From Desulfonatronovibrionaceae bacterium (GTDB lineage Bacteria > Desulfobacterota > Desulfovibrionia > Desulfovibrionales > Desulfonatronovibrionaceae), in NCBI GenBank assembly GCA_046539845.1, contig JBKHGE010000012.1:1-52209 (forward strand): DNA of 52,209 nucleotides. The letters run 5' to 3'. How positions within the stretch are numbered: position 1 is the stretch's first letter; each line of letters starts with the position of its first letter. The position numbers were made by a program, and so were the translations under genes. Below the pieces are notes generated by a model that was not told the origin of the DNA, did not search any database, and saw only the letters and a list, made by a program, of their open reading frames with translations. Of this stretch, positions 1 through 9,551 are shown piece by piece.

Positions 1-1573
1 ATCTTAGCTCAATCATCCTGGGGATGGTCCGCTTTAAAAGACCTGCTCCGTCTTTTATCCCCCGGTTCAGATCCAGGGGGCGCTTTTTGGTCTCCGCCTT
101 GCGGCTGAAAAGGAGCAACTTGCGGACCAATTGGGCGGAGCGATCCACCGATCTCTCCACCGTTTCCAGTCTTTTTGTGTCCGCTTGCCGGAGGCCGCTC
201 CGGTCTAGGAGTTGGAGATTGCTCCTTATGACCTGCAAGAGGTTGTTAAAGTCATGGGCCACTCCCCCGGCCAGCACTCCGACGGACTCCATTTTCTGGG
301 CCTGGAAAAGCTGGTCCTGCAGCCTTTTTTGTTCCTCCTCCGCCTGTTTGCGCTCGGTTATGTCCGCGTGTGTGCCCACCATGCGGGTGGCCCGACCGCT
401 GCTGTCTCTGGCCACCACCTTGCCCTTGCCTTGAATCCACCGGACCTCCCCGGTTTTGGTCAGCATCCGCGATTCGACCCGAAACGCATCTGACTTGCCC
501 TCTATGCACTCCATATTCGCCCCCAGGGAGCGCTCCCTGTCCTGGGGATGAATATGCCTTTTCCAGAAATCCTCGTTATAAGGGATTTCCTCCGGGGTGT
601 ACCCAAGCATCAGCGCATAGGCCGGGCTGTAATAGACCTCCCCGGTCTGGATATCCCAGTCCCACAGGCCCTCGCCACTGGCCTGCATGGCCAAAGCGAA
701 ACGCTCTTCGCTTTTTTGCAGCTCCAGCTCGGCCAGTCTTTTCTCGGTTATGTCCTCGGCCGTGCATACCACGTGTCGTACTCGGCCCTGCTCATCCAAG
801 GCAGGAATCTTCTGGATGGAGAGCAGCCTTTTTTCTCCGGAGGCGTCTGTCACCCATTCCTCGGTGTCTTTGGTCCTTGCCCCGGAAAAGACCTCTTTGT
901 TGCCGGCCCGGCAAACCTCGGCCTCCTCATGGGGTAGAAATTCATACATGTCCCGGAAGGCGATATCTCCGGGCTCGAACCCGAGAAATTCCGCATGAGC
1001 GCGGTTGACCGCCCCGTAGGTAGACCCGCTTAAAAGATACCAGATCTGGGTCCGGATGTTATCCAAAAGGATCTGCTGACTGCGCCTTGTTTCCTGCAGC
1101 TTCTTTTCCGCCTGCTTGCGCTCGCTTATGTCCCGGACATAGGCTATCTCGAACTCCTGGTCGCCGAGACGCAGAAAATTTGCGTCTACCCGTACCGGCA
1201 GGAATCCGCCGTCCTTCTTTCTGTGCACGGTCTCAAAGCTTACGATCTTATTTTTTCTGTACAACTCCCAGGATTGCTCCCGGTCCTGCGGGGAGTAATT
1301 CGGATCCACGTCCGAAATATCCATGCCCAAAAGCTCCTCCCGCGAATAGCCCAGCCAGGTGCAGGCGGTGGCATTGACATAAATGAACCGCCCGCCGGGG
1401 TCGATCCAGAAGACAGCCAAAGCCGCCTGATCCAGAGATATGCGTGCCAGATCGGGATCCAGCCCTGCCCCGGATATGTCCAAAGGGCCCGAGCCAGGGC
1501 TCATTTTTACCAGCCGATCCTCCAGTTCCCTGACCCTGGCCGCAAGTCCTTCGTATGTTGGTTTTTTATCCAT
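1..1573 (-). CDS. Multi-PAS sensor histidine kinase (probably hybrid), 3' end beyond the window
   Basis: Absent from the ORF track because it has no stop in the window. Translated by hand from ATG 1573: [21 protein letters not shown] segment ([30 protein letters not shown]...[11 protein letters not shown]), then H-box [24 protein letters not shown] near 230-300 in the same frame. Confidence 0.9.
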   Translation of the reverse strand, partial: MDKKPTYEGLAARVRELEDRLVKMSPGSGPLDISGAGLDPDLARISLDQAALAVFWIDPGGRFIYVNATACTWLGYSREELLGMDISDVDPNYSPQDREQSWELYRKNKIVSFETVHRKKDGGFLPVRVDANFLRLGDQEFEIAYVRDISERKQAEKKLQETRRSQQILLDNIRTQIWYLLSGSTYGAVNRAHAEFLGFEPGDIAFRDMYEFLPHEEAEVCRAGNKEVFSGARTKDTEEWVTDASGEKRLLSIQKIPALDEQGRVRHVVCTAEDITEKRLAELELQKSEERFALAMQASGEGLWDWDIQTGEVYYSPAYALMLGYTPEEIPYNEDFWKRHIHPQDRERSLGANMECIEGKSDAFRVESRMLTKTGEVRWIQGKGKVVARDSSGRATRMVGTHADITERKQAEEEQKRLQDQLFQAQKMESVGVLAGGVAHDFNNLLQVIRSNLQLLDRSGLRQADTKRLETVERSVDRSAQLVRKLLLFSRKAETKKRPLDLNRGIKDGAGLLKRTIPRMIELR

Positions 1574-1761
1574 CCCCCACCCGGATTGATTCAATTTTTC
1601 CCTTTTTCGGCTACTGGAAAGGACAATGCCCGCAATATAGCAATGATGGGCGTGCATGTCCATACGGGCCCAAGGGGAGACAACTGTCTCTTTGCCCTTG
1701 CCCCGGCCGGGTTGACACCCGCATTCTAGGCCCTTAAGCCAAGAATAAACAGGAGGGAGAG

Positions 1762-2709
1762 ATGCTTTTTTCAACCGCGGGAATCGAAGTCTCCTGGTGG
1801 ATGCCTCCTCTAGTGGCCTTTGGCATATCCTTTTTCACCTCCATGGGCGGGGTGTCCGGGGCCTTCCTTTTGCTCCCGTTCCAGATGTCGATTTTGGGGT
1901 ATACCGCCCCGTCGGTTAGCGCAACTAATCAGCTCTTCAATATAGTTGCCATTCCCAGCGGGGTGTACCGCTACTTCAAAGAGGGTCGCATGGTCTGGCC
2001 TTTGACTTGGATCGTAGTCGCTGGCACCCTGCCCGGGGTATTTATCGGGGCGGTGATCCGGGTGGCCTGGCTGCCGGACCCAAGGCTCTTCAAGCTCTTT
2101 GCTGCCGGAGTATTGCTGTACATCGGGGCCAGGATGCTTGGAGACCTGCTCGAAAGGACCAAAAATTCGGAATGGAAACAAAGAAGCGAGAAGCGATTTC
2201 AGGAAATGGTCCGCAGGAGCAGGGAGTCTGAGAGCGGCAAACCGGCCGTTCGCCCGGTCCGGGTGGAGCGGTTCAATATGCGGAGCCTGCGGTATACATT
2301 TTACGACCAGACCTTTGACGTCTCCACCTGGGGGCTGTTTTCCTTGAGCCTTGTAGTGGGCATCATCGGCGGGATCTACGGCATAGGGGGCGGGGCCATC
2401 ATCGCCCCGTTCTTCGTGACCTTTTTCGGGCTGCCGATTTACACTGTGGCCGGGGCCGCACTCATGGGCACCTTTGTCACTTCAGTGGCCGGAGTTGTCT
2501 TCTATCAGATTATTGCCCCCTTTTATCCGCACATGTCTGTGGCCCCGGACTGGCTGTTGGGTATCTTGTTCGGCATCGGGGGGATGGCCGGGATGTACGC
2601 CGGGGCCCGGTGCCAGAAATTTGTCCCCGCCCGGGTCATAAAATGGATGCTCTCCGGAATCCTCTTCTTTACCGCCCTCAAGTACGCGGCAGATTTCTTC
2701 GCTGCCTGA
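1762..2709 (+). CDS. Sulfite exporter TauE/SafE family membrane protein
   Basis: Hydrophobic 315 aa with repeated motifs (SMGGVSGAFLLLP; GGIYGIGGGAIIAPF); SD AGGAGG upstream. Confidence 0.85.
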   Translation: MLFSTAGIEVSWWMPPLVAFGISFFTSMGGVSGAFLLLPFQMSILGYTAPSVSATNQLFNIVAIPSGVYRYFKEGRMVWPLTWIVVAGTLPGVFIGAVIRVAWLPDPRLFKLFAAGVLLYIGARMLGDLLERTKNSEWKQRSEKRFQEMVRRSRESESGKPAVRPVRVERFNMRSLRYTFYDQTFDVSTWGLFSLSLVVGIIGGIYGIGGGAIIAPFFVTFFGLPIYTVAGAALMGTFVTSVAGVVFYQIIAPFYPHMSVAPDWLLGILFGIGGMAGMYAGARCQKFVPARVIKWMLSGILFFTALKYAADFFAA

Positions 2710-2764
2710 TCTCGGACTGGGACGCATCTTCCGGCTCCTTGCCCATAGAAAGGCATGGATCTGT

Positions 2765-2798
2765 TTGACAAATATCTATTTGGCCATTATACCAAATA
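2765..2798 (+). promoter_or_regulatory. arsR-arsC promoter with ArsR-type inverted-repeat operator
   Basis: TTGACA at 2765-2770, followed by TATTTGG-N8-CCAAATA (2777-2798) overlapping the expected -10 region, just upstream of arsR. Confidence 0.65.
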
Positions 2799-2813
2799 TA
2801 AATCGGAGGCGGA

Positions 2814-3149
2814 ATGCTGCTCGACATTCAAGAACGCTACGGGCCCGGAGCCAAGATAATGAAGGCCCTGGGACACCCGACCAGACTGTTTATCGTGGAC
2901 ACGCTGAGCAGACAAAACAGATGTGTTTGCGAGCTGACCGAGATGATCGGCGCGGATATATCCACAGTGTCCAAGCACCTGTCCGTACTCCGGGAGGCTG
3001 GGGTGGTGACCAGCGAAAAGCGGGGTACTGAGGTGCATTACCGCTTGGCTGCACCGTGTGCGGCCGATTTTTTCAAGTGCCTGGACAACATGCTCAAGAC
3101 TGGATTTAAACGGCAAAAGAGGTGCTTTCCCGACTTTGCTTGGGATTAA
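2814..3149 (+). CDS. arsR: ArsR/SmtB family transcriptional repressor
   Basis: KALGHPTRL...RCVCELT...STVSKHLSVLREAGVV winged HTH; directly upstream of arsC. Confidence 0.88.
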   Translation: MLLDIQERYGPGAKIMKALGHPTRLFIVDTLSRQNRCVCELTEMIGADISTVSKHLSVLREAGVVTSEKRGTEVHYRLAAPCAADFFKCLDNMLKTGFKRQKRCFPDFAWD

Positions 3150-3213
3150 AGCGGATTGATTCTTTTGCGAAAATGAACTGACCCGAGCTTACCCGGGTCC
3201 GCAGGGGCAAGTA

Positions 3214-3651
<438 letters not shown>

Positions 3652-3746
3652 CGGACAATCTGCTAGCTCGATGCGGGGACAATGAACCCGGGTACTGGCA
3701 GCCCGAAAAGTTCGGTTTCCCAAATAGCTAAAAATCAAGACTAGGA

Positions 3747-4421
3747 ATGAACATCAAAGAACGCCAGAGCGCGTAGATGTATCTCCCGGAAGATGTGGAT
3801 ACGGGCGACTCCCTCTTTCAGGAGGGGTTGTATATGTTGGTCTTGGTTTTCATCCTTATCATTGCCGCGTTTGCCGCCCCTGGGGAGAGGGCGCACGGAT
3901 TGTGGCTGGCCATATACGAAATCAAATGGGTCGTGACCGGGGTACTTGCTTATTGTTCTCGCCCTGATGCTAAAATCCTGGTCTGAAGGCAAGGAGATCG
4001 GATAATGGGTGCATTCCACCTGGGGATTTATGAAGCAGATATTCCCTTTGCTTTTCGCCGGGGTACTCTTTGCCGGATTCTTTCTGGACCGGCCTGGAAA
4101 CCCGGGACTCATCCCGGAGCACTTCGTAGTCGAACTGGCCGGGGCAATTCGCTGTAGGCCAATCTTTTTACTGCCTTGGCCTCGGCGCTCATGTATTTCG
4201 CCACCCTGACCGAAGTGCCCATCCTGCAGGGGCTTTTGGGTTTGGGCATGGGGCAGGGCCCGGCTTTGACCATGCTTTTGGCCGGCTCGGCTCTGTCCCT
4301 GCCCAATCTCATTGTCATCGGCAGTGTCATGGGCTGAAAGAAGACCGGGACCTTTGCCGGGCTGATTGTTGTTCTGTTCACCCTGGCGGGCATGAGTTAC
4401 GGGACGTTTTTCACCGCCTGA
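3747..4421 (+). pseudogene. Decayed DUF318/ArsP-like permease
   Basis: Fragments in different frames: MNIKERQSA*MYLP..., STWGFMKQIFPLLFAGVL...RPGNPGLIP, and MYFATLTEVPILQGLLGLGMGQGPALTMLLAGSALSLPNLIVIGSVMG*KKT (TGA at 4335-4337). Most of the N-terminal half appears to be missing. Confidence 0.8.
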
Positions 4422-4464
4422 AACCCGGACAAAAGGGCAAAAACAAGCTAAAAAGAAGAAGATC

Positions 4465-4701
4465 ATGGATATCAAGGTACTCGGACCGGGGTGTCCCAAG
4501 TGCAAGAAAGCTGAGGAACTAGTCGTGTCCGTACTCCAGGAAGAGGACATCCCCGCGCATGTGGAAAAAGTAACTGACGCCATGGATATCGCCAATTACG
4601 GGGTGTTCGGCACACCGGCAATAGTGGTGGACGGGCAGGTCATATCTGTGGGCAAGGTACCCGGCAAAGAGGAAATAAAGGCCTGGGTCCGGGGGGAATA
4701 A
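4465..4701 (+). CDS. Small thioredoxin-like redox-active disulfide protein (MTH895-like)
   Basis: IKVLGPGCPKC (CxxC) and YGVFGTPAIVVDG; a typical partner of DUF318 permeases in ars clusters. Confidence 0.88.
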   Translation: MDIKVLGPGCPKCKKAEELVVSVLQEEDIPAHVEKVTDAMDIANYGVFGTPAIVVDGQVISVGKVPGKEEIKAWVRGE

Positions 4702-4731
4702 AAGTCTGGACCCCGGGTATGTTAACAGAAG

Positions 4732-4764
4732 GGGCCGAAGGGAATCTCCGGTCCCCTTTGGCCC
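4732..4764. terminator. GC-rich hairpin between convergent genes
   Basis: GGGCCGAAGGGA...TCCCCTTTGGCCC imperfect stem between the thioredoxin-like gene and the ATPase 3' end. Confidence 0.45.
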
Positions 4765-4803
4765 ATGTCCTTCCCGCAAACCGGCAATGCAGGGTGTCTG
4801 TGC

Positions 4804-6936
4804 TTAAAAGCCGAGCGTCCCGCCACTTTGCGGACGGGATTGTGCGCTCATTGGATCTTTAAGGGCCCTTATGGAATTCAAAACAGCCATGAGGGCTACG
4901 CCCACATCTGCAAACACCGCCTCCCAGATTCCGGCCAGACCAAAGGCGCCGGACAGGACGAATACCGCCTTGACGCCCAGAGCCAAAACAATATTCTGGT
5001 AGACGATCCTTTTGGTCCGGCCGGCTATGTCCAGGGCCAGGGGGAGTTTGCTCAGGGATCCGTCCATCAGGACCACGTCCGCGGCCTCCACTGCCGCATC
5101 CGAGCCCAGTCCCCCGACAGCCACGCCGATATGGGCCCGGGCCAAAACCGGGGCGTCATTGATGCCGTCCCCGACAAAGGCCAGCTTCTCCCCAGCGGCC
5201 AAGCCGGATTCCAGTTCCTCCACCTTTTGCACCTTGTCCTCGGGCATAAGCCGGGCGTAAACCCGATCCACCCCCGCCTGTGCTGCCATACTATCCGCGG
5301 CCACTTGTTCATCCCCGGTGAGCATGACTGTATCCCGGACCCCGCGTCCTTTAAGACCCTGCACCGCTGCCGCACTGTCCGGCTTGAGCTCGTCGGAGAG
5401 GACCAAGTATCCGGCATACACTCCGTTTACCGCCACATGGATCAAGGTCCCTTTCACCGGGCAGTCGCGGCAGGCGATATTTTCTTCCCCCAGCAGGCGG
5501 TCGTTTCCGGCCAGTATAGTTTTCCCCCGCCAAACCGCTCGGACCCCGCGGCCCTTAAGCTCTTGGAATTCCTCCAACCCATCTTTGTCCATCTCCCGGT
5601 TGCAGGCCAGTCTTATGGATCCGGCTATAGGGTGATCGGAATTGATCTCCGCCAGGGCGGCCCAGCCAATTACCTCTTGCCGGGAAAAATCGTTCGCCGC
5701 CGACACCTCGGTCACCTTAAACACCCCGCGGGTCAGGGTGCCGGTCTTGTCCAGGGCGACTATCCGCAGCCTGGTCAAGGCCTGCAAAAAATTAGCACCC
5801 TTGACCAGTATCCCGGAGCGGGAGGCGCTCCCGATCCCAGCGAAATACCCGAGGGGGATGGAGACGACCAGGGCACAGGGGCAGGAAATGACCAGAAGGA
5901 CAAGGGCCCGGTAGGCCCAATCACTGAATTCCGCTCCCGGGACAATCAAAGGGGGAATAGTGGCCACCGCCAGGGCGCCGAACACTACCGCAGGGGTATA
6001 CCACTTTGCGAACCTGGTGATAAACTGCTCGGTCGGGGCCTTTCTGGCTGCAGCGTTTTCCACCAGATCCAAAATCCTGGAGGCGGAGGAATCGGCATAC
6101 CTCTTCTCCACCTGGACCCGCAAAAGACCGCTGTCGTTTATAGACCCGGAAAGGATATCCCCCCCAGGCTCTACCCGCCGGGGCAAAGACTCACCGGTCA
6201 ATGCCGAGGTATCCAAGAACGAACTCCCGCTTATGACCTTCCCATCCATCGGCATCCTTTCCCCGGGCCTGATCTCGATTATCTGCCCGGGCCAAACGCT
6301 TTCCGGGTCCACTTGGCTGGTCATGCCTCCCTGCACCAGATTGGCGTAATCCGGCCGGACATCCACGAGTTCGGATATAGAGCGCCTGGAACGATTGACC
6401 GCCCGTTCCTGAAAATATTCGCCTACAGCGAAAAAGAGCATCACTGCCACCGCCTCGGGTAGCTGGCCCAGGGCAAACGCCCCCAGGGAGGCCACGGTCA
6501 TAAGGAAATTCTCGTCAAAGAGCTGACCGCGGCCGATATTTCGCAGTGCGGCCCAGAGCACTGGCGCCCCGGCCAAAAGATAGGCGGGGACAAAAAACAG
6601 GTACTCCCCGCGGACACCCAAGACCGCAGGAATACTGCCACCCAGAACCAACCCCGCGGAGAAAAACAACCCGGCCCCTATTATCCTCGCCAGCCTGCGC
6701 CAAAGGCCGCCGTGCTCCCCAACCCATTCTTTCCCGCTTTGAGCCGGGACAAGCCGCACCCGCGGGTGCACCTCCTGTATGACCTCCTTGGCCTCTTTTT
6801 CCTTTGCCGGGTCCAGGTGCACGGCATTGGTAGCGGGATTGATACTGACCCCGGACAAATCCGGCACCCGCCGCAGCCTGTTTTGGATCTTTTCCGTGCA
6901 ATCCGGACAACTCAAGCCCTTGATAATATATTTCAC
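4804..6936 (-). CDS. cadA: Heavy-metal P1B-2 type ATPase (Zn/Cd/Pb efflux, CadA/ZntA-like)
   Basis: N-terminal GLSCPDC HMA motif, TGES, SCPC, DKTGT, HP and GDGINDAP motifs; K in TM7 and FADVG in TM8. Start set at GTG 6936 after an AG-rich SD. Confidence 0.9.
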   Translation of the reverse strand: MKYIIKGLSCPDCTEKIQNRLRRVPDLSGVSINPATNAVHLDPAKEKEAKEVIQEVHPRVRLVPAQSGKEWVGEHGGLWRRLARIIGAGLFFSAGLVLGGSIPAVLGVRGEYLFFVPAYLLAGAPVLWAALRNIGRGQLFDENFLMTVASLGAFALGQLPEAVAVMLFFAVGEYFQERAVNRSRRSISELVDVRPDYANLVQGGMTSQVDPESVWPGQIIEIRPGERMPMDGKVISGSSFLDTSALTGESLPRRVEPGGDILSGSINDSGLLRVQVEKRYADSSASRILDLVENAAARKAPTEQFITRFAKWYTPAVVFGALAVATIPPLIVPGAEFSDWAYRALVLLVISCPCALVVSIPLGYFAGIGSASRSGILVKGANFLQALTRLRIVALDKTGTLTRGVFKVTEVSAANDFSRQEVIGWAALAEINSDHPIAGSIRLACNREMDKDGLEEFQELKGRGVRAVWRGKTILAGNDRLLGEENIACRDCPVKGTLIHVAVNGVYAGYLVLSDELKPDSAAAVQGLKGRGVRDTVMLTGDEQVAADSMAAQAGVDRVYARLMPEDKVQKVEELESGLAAGEKLAFVGDGINDAPVLARAHIGVAVGGLGSDAAVEAADVVLMDGSLSKLPLALDIAGRTKRIVYQNIVLALGVKAVFVLSGAFGLAGIWEAVFADVGVALMAVLNSIRALKDPMSAQSRPQSGGTLGF

Positions 6937-7028
6937 ACCCCGGTCTCCCTTTTTCCCTCTTATCAATCGCAGGCTGCCCCCAAAGCCGGGCCGGGTCTTC
7001 CGGCCCAAGGACCGGCAGACCCGGCCTA

Positions 7029-7391
7029 TCAGGTGTGGCGGACATGCTCCAGGGCCTGGGCCAAAAGCGAAGAGACGTGCTCATCGTCCACGGAGTAATA
7101 GACATTCTTCCCTTCCCGCCTGTATCTGACCAGCCGGGCAGCCTTTAAGACCCGAAGCTGGTGCGAGACCGCGGACATGCTCATATCCAAAACCATGGAC
7201 AGATCACACACGCAGAGCTCCTTTTGGGCCAGGGCATGCAGGATCTTGCTCCTGGTTGTGTCCCCCAGGGCCTTGAACAGTTCGGTCATCCGCCTAAGCT
7301 CGTCCTCCTCCAGCATAAGCCGCCGGACAAAGCAAACCGCCTCCTGATCAAAACCGAATTCCTCGCAGACATCGCTCTTTGCATTTACCAT
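7029..7391 (-). CDS. CadC/ZiaR/SmtB-like metal-sensing ArsR repressor
   Basis: N-terminal Cys (DVCEEF), ELCVCDL and alpha5 site DDEH-x10-H; upstream of the P1B ATPase. Confidence 0.88.
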   Translation of the reverse strand: MVNAKSDVCEEFGFDQEAVCFVRRLMLEEDELRRMTELFKALGDTTRSKILHALAQKELCVCDLSMVLDMSMSAVSHQLRVLKAARLVRYRREGKNVYYSVDDEHVSSLLAQALEHVRHT

Positions 7392-7410
7392 AGCAGCCGC
7401 CTTATTTTTA

Positions 7411-7426
7411 TTGAACAGTTGTTCAA
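7411..7426. promoter_or_regulatory. SmtB/CadC-type operator, perfect 7-2-7 inverted repeat
   Basis: TTGAACA-GT-TGTTCAA about 20 bp upstream of the CadC-like start; it matches the TGAACA-N2-T(A/G)TTCA core known for SmtB-like repressors. Confidence 0.75.
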
Positions 7427-7496
7427 CTATTCATTTATGGTCCGACTGTCAACCACTGGCTTGAAAACGCTCTTTCCGAGAACAAGCTTGGCTTGC

Positions 7497-7524
7497 TTGA
7501 CATATCCGTTTATCCGGATATAAT
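7497..7524 (+). promoter_or_regulatory. Consensus sigma70 promoter of arsR-hgcAB with an overlapping palindromic operator
   Basis: TTGACA (7497-7502)-N16-TATAAT (7519-7524); ATATCCG-N6-CGGATAT (7502-7521) spans the spacer and overlaps the -10 box. Confidence 0.8.
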
Positions 7525-7530
7525 GTTTTC

Positions 7531-7902
7531 ATGCATAAAAAGGCCCTTATTTTTAAGGCCCTGTCCGAGGAACCCAGACTGCGTATCCTTTCGCTTTTGA
7601 CTTCCGGCGAGCTCTGCGTCTGCGAAATCGAGGCGGCTCTAGGACTCCCCCAGTCTACAGTTTCCCGGCATCTGGCCCTGCTCAGGCAGGCCGAGCTCGT
7701 CCAGGGAAGGAGAAAAGGCGTCTGGATGTACTACCGGCTGTTGGACGATCCTGACGGCATGCACAAGCAGATCCTGGAGGTTGTTCGCATCTATCTCACG
7801 CAGGATCCCGCGGCTCAAAAGGACCTGTCCAGGCTGAAGGATTATTTCGCCCGCGCAAAAAACTCTCCCTGCTGCCCGCACCGGGAGAAATCCCTGGACT
7901 GA
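7531..7902 (+). CDS. arsR: ArsR-family repressor heading the hgcAB operon
   Basis: FKALSEEPRLRIL...GELCVCEI...QSTVSRHLALLRQA; C-terminal CC pair (SPCCPH). Confidence 0.88.
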   Translation: MHKKALIFKALSEEPRLRILSLLTSGELCVCEIEAALGLPQSTVSRHLALLRQAELVQGRRKGVWMYYRLLDDPDGMHKQILEVVRIYLTQDPAAQKDLSRLKDYFARAKNSPCCPHREKSLD

Positions 7903-7953
7903 ACCCGGATAGGCTAAACCAGACAGGACAAAAAATTCACTTTGGAGACAGGC

Positions 7954-9204
7954 ATGCAGAAACCGCCCCCATTCAACGGTACCGGGCTCCCCTCCAGGTG
8001 CTGCGACTCGGAACAGGAATGCTGCTCAACCGCCCCAAAAAGCGCCGCGGCACCTCCTTTGCCGTATACATTCGTGTCCCGGCTAGACTCCCAGGAGCCG
8101 GAGGGGGAAAACGAACCCTGTTGCGGACCTCCTCCCGGCCCTTCGGCCGGGCGCTGGGAACTGCCGGGTTACAAAATCTATCCGTTTGTAACCGGATTTG
8201 TATCCACCCCTGCGGGTTGGATCCCCGCACTCTCCACCCGCAGGAAGAAAGTGGATCTAGCGGTCGCCCTGCTCATCCGGACCGGTTTCCGTCACCAGGG
8301 ACTGGAAGCAGTGACCCCCGGTTTATATTGCCTGGGAGCACCGGATCAGAACTCCCCGGTTCTGGTCACAGCTAATTACAGACTGAGCCTGGACGCCCTG
8401 CGCTTTAATTTAAACGGTACGCACGCCTGGATTCTGGTCCTGGATACCAGGGGGATAAATGTGTGGTGCGCCGCCGGGAAAAAGCTCTTTTCCACCCAGG
8501 AGGTGATCCGCATGGTGAATGTAGCCGGTGTGGACAAGATTGTGGCCCATAGAGAGCTCATCCTGCCCCAGCTGGCCGCAACCGGTGTGGCCGGGCACGA
8601 AGTAGCCAAGGCTGGCAATTTTTCCGTTACCTGGGGCCCGGTTCGCGCTGAGGATATCTCGAGTTTTCTTTGCACCCGGCGGGTTGATCCCAGGTTGCGC
8701 ACCGTCACTTTTAACCTCCGGGAAAGGGCAGAACTTATCCCCTTGGAATTCTATAATTTTTTCCAAAAAGGGGTGTTGGCCCTTGTTTTTTTGTTTTTTA
8801 TTTCCGGGATCGGTCCGAATTTGTTCTCAATTTCCGCCGCCTGGAGCAGGGGAATCCTTGCGGCCTAGGGGCTGCTGGCCGGAGCGCTAGGGGGACTGAT
8901 TTTTTTGCCCCTACTCCTTCCTTGGCTGCCCGGGAGGGCCTTTTCTTTGAAGGCCCTTTTTCCGGGTCTGGCCCTGGGTCTGGCCCTCATTTGGGGCGCC
9001 AAATCCGGATTGGGCCTTGCCGAGGCCCTGGCCATGCTTGTTTTATCCGCTGGGACGAGTTCGTTTCTGGGAATGCATTTTACCGGCTCCACTCCCTATA
9101 CCTCGCCTTCCGGAGTGGAAAAAGAAATGAAGTTGGCCCTGCCCCTGCAGGGAGCGGCCTTTCTGGCCGCAATCGCCTTGTGGACCGGGTCGGCTTTTGT
9201 TTAA
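7954..9204 (+). pseudogene. hgcA: Mercury methylation corrinoid protein HgcA, interrupted by an in-frame TAG at 8866-8868 (pseudogene, readthrough or sequence error)
   Basis: Cap-helix motif GINVWCAAGK, plus SPVLVTANY, LILPQLAA and WGPVRA. The transmembrane domain continues in the same frame after the stop (...SRGILAA*GLLAGALGGLIFLPLLLPWLPGRAFSLK...FTGSTPYTSPSGVEKEM). Followed by hgcB. ATG 7954 has a GGAG SD. Confidence 0.92.
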
Positions 9205-9215
9205 ACGGGGGAGTT

Positions 9216-9506
9216 ATGCGCGGTTTTAGATACCTGTCTGACGTGTCCACCTTACGACTGGACAAAGAAAAATGCGTCGGCTGCGGTCAATGTGTGGCGG
9301 TCTGCCCCCACGCGGTGTTCAAAGTGACCAACGCCCGGGCGGAAATAGTGGACAAAGACGGGTGCATGGAATGCGGGGCCTGCGCTTTGAACTGCCCGGG
9401 CAAAGCCCTGGATCTGGACCCAGGCGTGGGTTGTGCCGCACTTATCATCAGCAGATGGCTCAAAAAGGCGGGGCTGTCCCGAGGGACATCCCCCTCATGC
9501 TGCTAG
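9216..9506 (+). CDS. hgcB: Mercury methylation ferredoxin HgcB
   Basis: Two CxxCxxCxxxCP clusters (CVGCGQCVAVCP; CMECGACALNCP), GVGCA and C-terminal CC. ATG 9216 follows GGGGGAG, 11 bp after hgcA. Confidence 0.93.
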   Translation: MRGFRYLSDVSTLRLDKEKCVGCGQCVAVCPHAVFKVTNARAEIVDKDGCMECGACALNCPGKALDLDPGVGCAALIISRWLKKAGLSRGTSPSCC

Positions 9507-9551
9507 GCGAGCCCCGAACCCGTAACGCACAAGTCACCGGGGGGACCCGGA

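Noticed and set aside
24..1729. Several plus-strand ORFs at the left end
   Set aside because: They lie opposite the PAS histidine kinase on the minus strand, which the ORF track missed because it runs off the window.
4765..6462. 565-aa plus-strand ORF
   Set aside because: Antisense shadow of the P-type ATPase, with no motifs; expected in GC-rich coding DNA.
7531..7956. ArsR-HgcA fusion by selenocysteine readthrough, since the arsR TGA (7900-7902) is in frame with hgcA
   Set aside because: An in-frame TAA follows four codons later (TGA ACC CGG ATA GGC TAA), and hgcA has its own SD and ATG.
8866..8868. Genome-wide reassignment of TAG as the explanation for the hgcA stop
   Set aside because: TAG ends several full-length genes in this window (hgcB, fmt, fliF, flgC, the TPR gene), so it works as a normal stop.
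7954..8868. Reading this ORF as a CdhD/AcsC corrinoid Fe-S protein rather than HgcA
   Set aside because: The NVWCAAGK cap helix, the C-terminal transmembrane domain and the adjacent CMECGAC ferredoxin with terminal CC are diagnostic of hgcAB.
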